DNA of 64,000 bases from Candidatus Levyibacteriota bacterium (GTDB taxonomy: Bacteria; Patescibacteriota; Microgenomatia; Levybacterales; UBA12049): the NCBI GenBank assembly GCA_963790825.1, contig CAWBPM010000004.1:94987-158986 (forward strand). Direction: 5' to 3'. A model generated the notes under the pieces. The model was not told where the DNA came from and did no database searches. It worked only from the letters and a program-made list of their open reading frames with translations. Shown here one piece after another: positions 1 through 8,150 of this stretch. Within the stretch, counting starts at the first letter, position 1, and each line of letters opens with the position of its first letter. The translations under genes were made by a program, and so were the position numbers.

Positions 1-2429
1 GTACCGGAAATAATATTCCCAACCGGCGTGAAATACGCACTCGGACTTGATCCCGCTGTACCGCCAGGACCAACATAATTAAATGTCGCACCACTGCAGC
101 TACCACTTACCTGCGAAGCGACGGCAACTTGTGCTTTAATAGTAGTCGACGAGGGCTGACTTACTGTGGCTGTAAAATGATTAAAAGCTGCAGAAAAACT
201 GGAGGTAAAAATCCTCGATTCAAAAGTACCTGAGGGCACATAAATACCGGAGTCCGGACCTCCTTGAATAATTTTCAACTGTTTTTCATTCGTATTGGCA
301 ACCATATAGACAAAATTATCACCGTCTGCCTCAGATACTGACGTTAAATCATTAAATCCGGGGAGAAAATTTATACCACCGCAATAGGCTGGTGACGTTT
401 CAAGATTACCGCTCGGATCAGCAGGGTCAATATTGATTACTTGGTATTCCTGCGGTTCAATACCATCATTCGGGATACCGTCTTGTCCGACTAGAACAGC
501 GCGTTCTCCATTCAGTACTGTCAATGACCGACGTGGATAAAGTTCAATATTGGTAGAATTTCCATTATAATAGCCGCTCGTTGCCACGCTGCCGTTTCCC
601 GAACTGCTGGTTGAAAGAAATTTTGGTGCGCTCTTATTAGTTGTATCAATAATATAAAACTGGTCGCTGTCTGGTATGCCGTCACCATTTGCGTCAATTC
701 CTCCGTTTGAAGACATATACGCTCTCGTTCCGTCCGATTTGGCATAGACAGAGTTTGCTGCCTCTTCTGTATTTGATTTTGTATCGAAATCTAAAGAGCC
801 GATACGTTTCCATCCGCTATTTCCTCCCGAAATCCCACCGCAGTTATTACTGCTGATTTTTGGCGATGAACTAGTCGTGGGAACACTGGTCGCATTCACT
901 ATGTCGAGCTCCGGATCAGTTCCGGCGCCGACTGCGACATAAATATAATTATTGCTTCCAATTGTTACGCCCGAGAGTTGGTGGTCTGCATATAGTTCAA
1001 TGTTCCCGCCGTCGCTGCAGTTATTATGAGCAGGACTCGTCGTGTTTCCCCAGTTGGTTCCCGTCTGATTCGACGATCCTGCCGAATATTTCATATCTGT
1101 CCCATTTCCCGGCTGACAGTCATATCCATCCAGTTCAATGCGACATCCGAGCATATCCAAACCACTGCTCGCTGATTTACTGTCAATACTACTTAGATCA
1201 AAAGCATATAAATAACCTCCCGAAGCTACATATCCGGTATTACCTAATATCACTACTGACTCGGCACCATAACCAAAAGGCGATTGATCCTGATTTGGAG
1301 TTGAACGAGAATCGCCCTGATATTGTCTCGTATTAAAAAACGTCCAGTATTTATAGATATGATTGGTCGGATCCTGAAATGAATTATTTCCGCCGCTTTT
1401 AACTTGTATTACAATAACTTCTTTATTTGGCATATTCGTTCCCAAAAGCGCGTATAAGTTACCGCCTGTTGACGTATAATACTTCACGTCGGTTGTGGTA
1501 AAACTATTAGTAAATCCTAATCCCGAAGGGACAAGACCGGATGAACTGTACTTTGTGGAATCGAGCGTAAATGTTCCTTGAAGTGACGGAACGGGAATAT
1601 CTGTATTCGCCGTTACATTGAGATATGCCAGCTTTACTGAGCTCGTCGCATACGGAGAGGTCGCCACGAAGACATCGTTTGGAATACTGGTTGTTACGCC
1701 GTTTGCTTGTGCCGCTACCGCAATTGGAGGGCCATCTGGCAAATCAATAGTCGCGCTAGACAGTGCAGGAGAACACCATTTGGCTTTATTGTTGTTTGCC
1801 AAAGTTACTTCTCCTCCGCTAGTATTGGTCACCTGCGTATTTACTTTAATACCTAAATTAAAATCAGCAACCGTTGTATCGGTAAAAGAAATATTATCCA
1901 GATAGCGAGTCAGGTAGGTAGTGGCCTGCAGAAAAGAGGGGTAAGGCAAATTCCAGGAGACAGTAATGATCACCTGCTTGGTTGAGTTATCTAAAATTCC
2001 ACTATTCGAGGCAACAATAGCATCAGAGTTATTTCTATATACATCGCTAATAACGAGCTGTTGCGTCAATCCGCTCGCTGTCGCAGACCCTGCTGCCAAC
2101 ACCCAGGACGAACCGGATATAACCGGATGGTAGGTACCATCTAGCGCAAAACTGTTCCAGTCTTTTTCGCGGATATTTCTTACCGCCTCTTCTGTTTGCT
2201 GCAGGAGAGCAGTTGCTTGCAGTCGCTGCTCCTCTTGAGGTTTTCCCGCGCGGCTCGTGACAAGCCCGGTAAGAAGTGCCGGAAGGATAATTGCCGTAAC
2301 GCTGAGTGCTAGTAAGAGCTCGATTAAGGATTGCCCGGCCTGCCAATAACTCCGGCTGTCTCTCTTCGCTTGACAAGCGGGCGGGCGGGCATTGTCGGAC
2401 AGGCCGGCCTGCCAGGAATTTTTCTTCAT
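1..2429 (-). CDS. Large type IV pilin-like (prepilin N-terminal cleavage/methylation motif) protein with long beta-rich C-terminal region; runs off the left edge (>809 aa)
   Basis: Manual translation from ATG 2429: MKKNSWQAG...WQAG|QSLIELLLALSVTAIILPALL...KQVIITVSW...TTYLTRY. Class III signal G|QSLIE is followed by a hydrophobic helix. The same frame reads as sensible protein at position 1 (…AYFTPVGNIISG). Missing from the ORF track because it has no stop in the window. Confidence 0.8.
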   Translation of the reverse strand, partial: MKKNSWQAGLSDNARPPACQAKRDSRSYWQAGQSLIELLLALSVTAIILPALLTGLVTSRAGKPQEEQRLQATALLQQTEEAVRNIREKDWNSFALDGTYHPVISGSSWVLAAGSATASGLTQQLVISDVYRNNSDAIVASNSGILDNSTKQVIITVSWNLPYPSFLQATTYLTRYLDNISFTDTTVADFNLGIKVNTQVTNTSGGEVTLANNNKAKWCSPALSSATIDLPDGPPIAVAAQANGVTTSIPNDVFVATSPYATSSVKLAYLNVTANTDIPVPSLQGTFTLDSTKYSSSGLVPSGLGFTNSFTTTDVKYYTSTGGNLYALLGTNMPNKEVIVIQVKSGGNNSFQDPTNHIYKYWTFFNTRQYQGDSRSTPNQDQSPFGYGAESVVILGNTGYVASGGYLYAFDLSSIDSKSASSGLDMLGCRIELDGYDCQPGNGTDMKYSAGSSNQTGTNWGNTTSPAHNNCSDGGNIELYADHQLSGVTIGSNNYIYVAVGAGTDPELDIVNATSVPTTSSSPKISSNNCGGISGGNSGWKRIGSLDFDTKSNTEEAANSVYAKSDGTRAYMSSNGGIDANGDGIPDSDQFYIIDTTNKSAPKFLSTSSSGNGSVATSGYYNGNSTNIELYPRRSLTVLNGERAVLVGQDGIPNDGIEPQEYQVINIDPADPSGNLETSPAYCGGINFLPGFNDLTSVSEADGDNFVYMVANTNEKQLKIIQGGPDSGIYVPSGTFESRIFTSSFSAAFNHFTATVSQPSSTTIKAQVAVASQVSGSCSGATFNYVGPGGTAGSSPSAYFTPVGNIISG
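2335..2414. repeat. 11-bp direct repeat (CCGGCCTGCCA) bounding a 69-bp GC-rich palindromic in-frame insert
   Basis: Repeat copies at 2335-2345 and 2404-2414; internal hairpin CGCTTG-A-CAAGCG. Confidence 0.7.
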
Positions 2430-2469
2430 ACTTCTACTATATATCAGATATTTGTTTTGTTCTACTCTT

Positions 2470-3159
2470 TTAATGACCGTGTGCCAGCGTTATGCCATAT
2501 ACTTTCTTTACTCCTTGTTTTTTGAGTATTTTTGCTGCCTCAGACAACGTGGTGCCTGACGTTAGCACATCGTCAACCAAAAATATTGTTGAATATTTCC
2601 TGTCAATTGCTTTTTTTACCACAAATGCATTTTTGATATTCTGTTGTCTGTCAAGTTTAGTAAGTGCAAATTGAGACGTAGTTTTTTTTACACGCAGCAA
2701 ACAATCCTGAAGCGGAAGTTCTAATTTCTTTGCAATTCCCATTGCCAAAAGCTTAGCATGGTTATATCCCCTTGCGCGCTCTTTACTTATATGGAGCGGG
2801 ATTGGAATCAATACGCTATCTTTTGTCAAGACAGTATGAAATGCTTCTTTCTGGATAAGCCCCTCATACATCAGGTCGGTTAATGTCAGCTTCAGATCGG
2901 AAATATACGGCTTATATTTAAAAGCAGAAATTAATTTCTTTGCCGTGCGGTTATAGGAAAGGCTTGAAAATGCGCCGTTAATCGCGAAACGCGTCATGCA
3001 TCCGGGATGGGTCAAACCGTGAACAGACATCCTATTACAAACCAAACAAATACTTTCAACGTCAAATGATAAGTGAGAAAAACACGTAGGACACAGGTAT
3101 GAACCGGGAACACGACAATTTACACAGCGCTTGGGGAAAAGAAAGCTTAAGAGGTCCAT
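2470..3159 (-). CDS. comF: ComF family protein (double zinc ribbon + phosphoribosyltransferase domain)
   Basis: FPKRCVNC, CPTC, CLVC zinc motifs; RGYNHA and LVDDVLTSGTT PRTase motifs. Start moved to MDLLSFLFP because the longer ORF overlaps a tRNA. Confidence 0.92.
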   Translation of the reverse strand: MDLLSFLFPKRCVNCRVPGSYLCPTCFSHLSFDVESICLVCNRMSVHGLTHPGCMTRFAINGAFSSLSYNRTAKKLISAFKYKPYISDLKLTLTDLMYEGLIQKEAFHTVLTKDSVLIPIPLHISKERARGYNHAKLLAMGIAKKLELPLQDCLLRVKKTTSQFALTKLDRQQNIKNAFVVKKAIDRKYSTIFLVDDVLTSGTTLSEAAKILKKQGVKKVYGITLAHGH

Positions 3160-3253
3160 ATAGATTAAATGTAGCAGAAAACGAAAAAGCAATGGTATAA
3201 TCCATTTAGAGAGAATAGTATTCAAAGTTTTAAGTTTCCTGTTTTTAGTTCTT

Positions 3254-3343
3254 GGAGAAGTCGCATAGTTGGTCCATTGCGGGGGATCGCTAATCCCCTG
3301 AGCTTTTAACGAGCTCACGCAGGTTCGAATCCTGTCTCCTCCG
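3254..3343 (+). tRNA. tRNA-Ser(GCT), long variable arm, atypical C33
   Basis: GGAGAAG acceptor; anticodon arm GGGGA-TCGCTAA-TCCCC; GTTCGAATC T-loop; G73; CCA not encoded. Confidence 0.9.
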
Positions 3344-3421
3344 CAGCGTAAGAAATTGCTTTGCAATTTCAACGCTGCTGGAACGTTTAAATTTCTCAGA
3401 AATTTATTACGTTCCGCCTTC
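3344..3421 (+). repeat. 78-nt double-hairpin element, copy 1 (directly after tRNA-Ser GCT)
   Basis: 68/78 nt identical to the reverse complement of 7801-7878; two stem-loops. Confidence 0.85.
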
Positions 3422-3428
3422 AATAGAT

Positions 3429-3698
3429 ATGTTCTATTACTGCTATATTCTCCAAAGTCAAAAAGATAGGAGTTTGTATATTGGTTATACTGCAGACCTA
3501 AAGAAAAGATTTATCCAACATAACAATGGCGAAAATAAAGCGACTAAGCCTCATATACCATATAAACTAATCTTTTATGAAGCATTTCTTAATCGGGTTG
3601 ATGCAGAGAATAGAGAAAGATATCTTAAGGGTGGTTATGGAAGGAAAACAATAAATACTCTACTTAACCGATATTTGAAGCCCATCTCAAATCTATGA
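3429..3698 (+). CDS. Small GIY-YIG nuclease family protein
   Basis: YCYILQS...LYIGYT.DL..R..QHN.G...T..H.P.KL..YE...A..RE..LK. Confidence 0.92.
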   Translation: MFYYCYILQSQKDRSLYIGYTADLKKRFIQHNNGENKATKPHIPYKLIFYEAFLNRVDAENRERYLKGGYGRKTINTLLNRYLKPISNL

Positions 3699-3779
3699 AG
3701 TAAGAAGGTTGAAATTGAAGAACTAAATCTTGCTTGTCATTGCCTCAAGAACTAATCCGTAGTACAATCAAAAGACTCT

Positions 3780-3864
3780 GGAGAGGTGACCGAGTGGTCT
3801 ATGGTAACGGTTTACTAAACCGTCGAATCGCAAGATTCCGGGGGTTCGAATCCCCCCCTCTCCG
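3780..3864 (+). tRNA. tRNA-Ser with ACT anticodon (A34)
   Basis: GGAGAGG/CCTCTCC acceptor; G73; anticodon arm ACGGT-TTACTAA-ACCGT; variable arm GAATC-GCAA-GATTC; GGGGG-TTCGAAT-CCCCC T-arm. Confidence 0.88.
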
Positions 3865-3965
3865 CTTTATCTTTTGAGCGTATTTAGCCTCGATGAATTC
3901 TCAACTTTAGAGTCTAAAGCCAGACAAGATTTGACAACCTATTCCTAAGATACGATACTAGGTAT

Positions 3966-4805
3966 ATGGATGAGCAGGTTAAATCATTTCAACTTACTCC
4001 AGCACCTGACAAGAATCATCATAAACGAATAATTTTGTATACAATAGGAGTACTACTTCTTCTAATTATTGGTGGAGGAATAGGATATCTTTGTGCACTG
4101 AACTCTTCGCTCTCTCCTCATTCTTCGTACGAACAAAATAATGGACGAATAATCCCTCCTCAAAATCTTATGGCCTCTCCCCCAAATCCTCCAATTACTA
4201 CTACTCCACATTCATCTATGGATACATCAGGCTGGAAAACTTTCAGTAATCCTAAATATGACTTTGAATTTAGTTATCCAGCAAATCTTGATCTGAAAGA
4301 ATATCCTAATAGGGTGAATTTATATAACAATAATTCTATTAACGGGTCTAATTACATAAACATTGGTATTGTGGAAAAGAAAATACCGACTACACAATCC
4401 TTAAAAGATTTAATTCAACAGGATACCTATATGGATCTGCCAAGCGGGCATAAAGGTTCAATTATTCAAGAACCGCTTACTCCATATCCGTTTGGGCAAT
4501 ATGAGGCCTATACCTTTTCAGGTGGCACCAAAGAAAATGATAAATATATCTATGTAAGAAACGGCACGACAGTAGTGATCTTCTCTGCAACCGGTTTTCA
4601 AACCGGCAGTAGTTACAGTAAAAATGAATTAACTATATTAAATCGCCTAATCTCAACCTTCAAATTTACAAATCAAAATCATACTTCATGTAATTCAAAC
4701 AGCGATTGTCAGAACAATGAAACCTGCCAGATCTGGGGACCACTTATAGCCAACCAGCCTCCAAACAAAGTTTGCACAAAACAAGGCGAAGCTGTTCCTT
4801 TATAA
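3966..4805 (+). CDS. Membrane-anchored hypothetical protein (PsbP-like WKTF...F.YP segment, small Cys-rich C-terminal domain)
   Basis: N-terminal TM helix, Pro/Thr linker, WKTFSNPKYDFEFSYP, C-terminal CxxxxxC motifs. Confidence 0.7.
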   Translation: MDEQVKSFQLTPAPDKNHHKRIILYTIGVLLLLIIGGGIGYLCALNSSLSPHSSYEQNNGRIIPPQNLMASPPNPPITTTPHSSMDTSGWKTFSNPKYDFEFSYPANLDLKEYPNRVNLYNNNSINGSNYINIGIVEKKIPTTQSLKDLIQQDTYMDLPSGHKGSIIQEPLTPYPFGQYEAYTFSGGTKENDKYIYVRNGTTVVIFSATGFQTGSSYSKNELTILNRLISTFKFTNQNHTSCNSNSDCQNNETCQIWGPLIANQPPNKVCTKQGEAVPL

Positions 4806-4947
4806 CCCCTTAGTTAACAGGATATTCCTTTGATAATGCTTCTATCATTTTATGTCAATTGCTGTATTTGTTGATATATTATTTCCGGATCTTCAACTAT
4901 TTCTCCCAATTCATAGTTCGAAAATCATTCCATTTTCTTCATAGTTA

Positions 4948-6315
4948 TTAAATAATTCCCTGTTTTCGTTTTATCTCCGTCCAATATTTTTCTTGTCTGC
5001 ATAATTTTCTCTCATCTGCTTTATCTTTCAGAATATATTTGATTGCTTCTTCCAGAAAAATAGTGTTTTGCGATCCTTTTACTAAAATAAGAGCGTTCTG
5101 GGGTAAATGCTCGGAGAGATATTCGCCTGCTCTTTTTGCCGAGTCAAACCAGCGGATTTCCTTAAAGTTCTTATTCTGGTGTTCTACGTCTTGAATCACA
5201 TAGTCGCGAGTCAGTGGTCCAACGCAATATAAATAATCGGCCTGTTTTGCAATTTCTTGGGCAATTTTTTCATGTTCCTGCCCTGCTTCTTTTCCCAGTT
5301 CGCGCATGTCGCCAAAGAGAAATACAAACGGCCGGTTTGTCTGTTTTTTTAATTCCTGCAAAAGAGCAAGAAATGCCCTAACCGCTGATGGAGATGCGTT
5401 ATAGGAAGAGTCAATAATAAGAGTTTCGTTAATGCCCTGGAAAATACTGCCGCGCCCTTTCGGAAGAAGAAAGTTTTTCTCTAAAGAAAGCGTTATTTGT
5501 TGAAGATTAAGCCCTGCAGTCAGTCCTACCAGGATACTTGCAGCAAAAACTTCTTGGTAGACAATTGGCAGAATTTGCTTTAAAAAATGCAAGTTAATTT
5601 CTTCTTTTTTCCCAAGCCAATTCACTATAAATGAATAATTTATTCCCTCAACTGAGATTTTATAAGATTTATAAGAAATAGTGTTCTCTACCCCTTCCCC
5701 GAAGGACAATAGTTCTGTTTTCGTCGTCTTTTTCTGAAAGGCATTTATTTGCTCAGCAATATATCTATCGTCCATGTTATAGATTCCAATTCGACACATT
5801 GATTCTCTGATAATTTTCGTGTCTTCCCATGCCATTTGGCTTAGAATTTGTTCCATGGGATTTTCTATCTCCTTACCCTTGAATATTTTTTCAAATTGCT
5901 CCGTATGTGTCGGTGAAATATTCAGGGAAATTGCAATATCCGGTTTCACAATCGTTAGTAAATACTCCATATTTTTCGGCGGGTTTGGATCATCGATTCC
6001 CATTTCTGCAATTAAATACTTCGTTCCTCTAAGATAATTCAGTCCGAACGGCAATCTCACAACTATTAATAACCAATCAAGCCAAGTAAAACCAACAGGT
6101 GTAATGCCCAAAATCCCAAGCGGCACGCCGGTTTCCGAATTACCCACGGCTTTTGTTAAAAAATGATCTCGTAAGATCGCTGTTATTGCGTTTCGAGCGG
6201 ACGATTTACCGACCGATCCGGCAACGCCGATAACAGTCGGTTTATGCAAAGCGAGTGCCAACCGTGCCCAAAATCGCAAATAGCAAAGGATACTAAAGAT
6301 AAGGTATTTCCTCAT
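4948..6315 (-). CDS. murF: Mur ligase, MurF-like (UDP-MurNAc-tripeptide:D-Ala-D-Ala ligase)
   Basis: GVAGSVGKSS P-loop, EMG, DSSYNASP, GDMRELG, LVKGSQ. Confidence 0.88.
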   Translation of the reverse strand: MRKYLIFSILCYLRFWARLALALHKPTVIGVAGSVGKSSARNAITAILRDHFLTKAVGNSETGVPLGILGITPVGFTWLDWLLIVVRLPFGLNYLRGTKYLIAEMGIDDPNPPKNMEYLLTIVKPDIAISLNISPTHTEQFEKIFKGKEIENPMEQILSQMAWEDTKIIRESMCRIGIYNMDDRYIAEQINAFQKKTTKTELLSFGEGVENTISYKSYKISVEGINYSFIVNWLGKKEEINLHFLKQILPIVYQEVFAASILVGLTAGLNLQQITLSLEKNFLLPKGRGSIFQGINETLIIDSSYNASPSAVRAFLALLQELKKQTNRPFVFLFGDMRELGKEAGQEHEKIAQEIAKQADYLYCVGPLTRDYVIQDVEHQNKNFKEIRWFDSAKRAGEYLSEHLPQNALILVKGSQNTIFLEEAIKYILKDKADERKLCRQEKYWTEIKRKQGII

Positions 6316-6363
6316 GCTCTTGTATTATAGCAAGATTTGAGTAGTTACAAATCATTTGATGGG

Positions 6364-6450
6364 CGGAGGGAGGGGGATTCGAACCCCCGGTGATCTTGCG
6401 ACCACACACGCTTTCCAAGCGTGCGCACTAGACCACTATGCGATCCCTCC
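6364..6450 (-). tRNA. tRNA-Ser(GGA)
   Basis: Reverse complement: GGAGGGA...CACGC-TTGGAAA-GCGTG...GGTTCGAATCC...TCCCTCCG. Confidence 0.95.
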
Positions 6451-6462
6451 ATCTACAACAAA

Positions 6463-6888
6463 CTAATAACTGGAGATTAGTTTTTCCGCTTCCTTCCAGA
6501 CTTTTTTATCTGACGAATACGTTAAACGATCCCCTGTCTCACCAATCGGTAGCCACTGCACATTTTCCATCTCGAAATCATGTTTAGTTATATCACCTTT
6601 TAAATATTCCATGATGTAATAATAAACTGTTTTTTTAATTTTCTCTCCTTTAAACTGATACCAAAAAGTCGTGGGGGTTAATGGTTGTATGATATTGCCT
6701 TTTGCTCCGGTTTCTTCTTCTACCTCTCTAAGAGCTGTCGATTCTTTAGTTTCACCTTTATGCGTATCTCCGATCAGTCCCTTGGGAAATACCCACCCGT
6801 GATGCTGTGAATGCTGCGCCAAAAGAACATACAGTTTCCCGTTTTGCTTTTTATACACTACCCCGCCTGCAGAAAATTCGAATTTCAT
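6463..6888 (-). CDS. NUDIX hydrolase
   Basis: FPKG...GE..ESTALREVEEETG Nudix box. Confidence 0.92.
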   Translation of the reverse strand: MKFEFSAGGVVYKKQNGKLYVLLAQHSQHHGWVFPKGLIGDTHKGETKESTALREVEEETGAKGNIIQPLTPTTFWYQFKGEKIKKTVYYYIMEYLKGDITKHDFEMENVQWLPIGETGDRLTYSSDKKVWKEAEKLISSY

Positions 6889-7013
6889 AGTTAAATTTCT
6901 AAAAAGATTTTATAAGCTAAATATCAAGTTAACCTGAGCTATTCTTTCTATACTTCGAGTGTAATTATATCGTATTTGCTTGACAAATGCAGGGCAGAAA
7001 GGAAATAATAAAT

Positions 7014-7616
7014 ATGATAGAAAGATTTATTATGGGAGAAACCGGAGAAATACAAATCAATCCCGCTCCTCCATCAGGAGAAGTCTTACCGCCGGCACTT
7101 ACCCCTACGCCGCTAGAAGGAGCACCTTCGGTTTCTCCTCTTGAACCCGCAGCCTCTGACTTAACAATGGCAGAAAATAAGGCCGAAATCGCAGACATCC
7201 AGCACCAATTACAAGAAATGCCTCCAGCAGCTATCGGAGGTTCTGAGCATTCCGAACTAATAGGAGCACCGATAACTGAGACTAATCTACCTACCCCTGC
7301 TCCTGAACAGACTCTCGCTGTGCAGCCCGGACAGAGCCCGGAGAGAGCAGTAGCAACGCCTGGCAAAACACAAACGCATGCTGCGGAAAACAAAAATAAA
7401 TTTCAGAAGTTTTTGGATAAACTTCCCCATCCGATAAAATGGACGAAAAACGAGTTGATTGAATGGCGGGAGCACCCGATACAAAAGCTAAAAGGACTTG
7501 GACTGGGAACATGGAGGGTGGGCTCGCTTTTAGCTATGCTATTTGGCGTCTTTTCTATTTGGCTTACGAAAGTCACCACTAAGCCATTTGCCCAGCTGGG
7601 TCAACGAAAACGCTAA
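7014..7616 (+). CDS. Hypothetical protein, Pro/Glu-rich N-terminus, C-terminal TM helix
   Basis: ORF track 6987-7616; start uncertain (TTGACA-type promoter overlaps the upstream ATG). Confidence 0.6.
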   Translation: MIERFIMGETGEIQINPAPPSGEVLPPALTPTPLEGAPSVSPLEPAASDLTMAENKAEIADIQHQLQEMPPAAIGGSEHSELIGAPITETNLPTPAPEQTLAVQPGQSPERAVATPGKTQTHAAENKNKFQKFLDKLPHPIKWTKNELIEWREHPIQKLKGLGLGTWRVGSLLAMLFGVFSIWLTKVTTKPFAQLGQRKR

Positions 7617-7721
7617 GTGGCGGGCAGGATTCTCAACATAACCGGTTGGATCTTTAGCGAGAGCTATCAACACCTATTCACTCCAGTCAATTGATTTGTT
7701 TAATAAAGACATGGCGAAGTG

Positions 7722-7795
7722 TACGCCTGAGAGGATTTGAACCTCCGACCCTCAGATCCGGAATCTGATGCTCTATCCAGCTGAGCTACAGGCGC
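7722..7795 (-). tRNA. tRNA-Arg(CCG)
   Basis: Reverse complement: GCGCCTG...TCAGA-TTCCGGA-TCTGA...GGTTCAAATCC...CAGGCGTA. Confidence 0.95.
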
Positions 7796-7800
7796 ATGAG

Positions 7801-7878
7801 GAAGGCGAAACGTAATAAATTTCTTCGAAATTTAAACGTTTCAGCAACGTTGAAATTGTTTTGCAATTTCTTACGTTG
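7801..7878 (-). repeat. 78-nt double-hairpin element, copy 2 (directly after tRNA-Ser CGA)
   Basis: Homologous to 3344-3421, with compensatory stem changes. Confidence 0.85.
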
Positions 7879-7967
7879 CGGAGGGAGGGAGATTCGAACT
7901 CCCGATCCCGCAAATGCGGGATAGCGGTTTTCGAAACCGCCGCACTCGACCACTATGCGATCCCTCC
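7879..7967 (-). tRNA. tRNA-Ser(CGA)
   Basis: Reverse complement: GGAGGGA...GCGGT-TTCGAAA-ACCGC, long variable arm, G73. Confidence 0.95.
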
Positions 7968-8036
7968 AGATTTTACAAAAAAAATCAAATCTTTATTTAA
8001 TTTTGAATTTTACACTTTAAATTTTAAATTATTCCG

Positions 8037-8110
8037 TACCCTCGGGAGGATTCGAACCTCTGACCTCAACGTCCGCAACGTTGCGCTCTATCCAGCTGAG
8101 CTACGAGGGC
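8037..8110 (-). tRNA. tRNA-Arg(GCG)
   Basis: Reverse complement: GCCCTCG...CAACG-TTGCGGA-CGTTG...GGTTCGAATCC...CGAGGGTA. Confidence 0.93.
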
Positions 8111-8150
8111 TTATCGGTATTGTAGCCGATATAATTGTTTGAAGCAATTC

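Noticed and set aside
521-2376. Short ORFs at 521, 962, 1618 and 2047, and many other 60-200-aa ORFs overlapping longer genes or tRNAs (e.g. 7861, 8793, 8952, 21444)
   Set aside because: Shadow frames of well-supported genes or tRNAs, with no recognisable motifs.
3160-3423. N-terminal extension of ComF in the ORF track (similar extensions for rplY, dnaA and 8151-8861)
   Set aside because: The extensions overlap a tRNA, promoters or opposite-strand genes; downstream ATGs fit the family starts.
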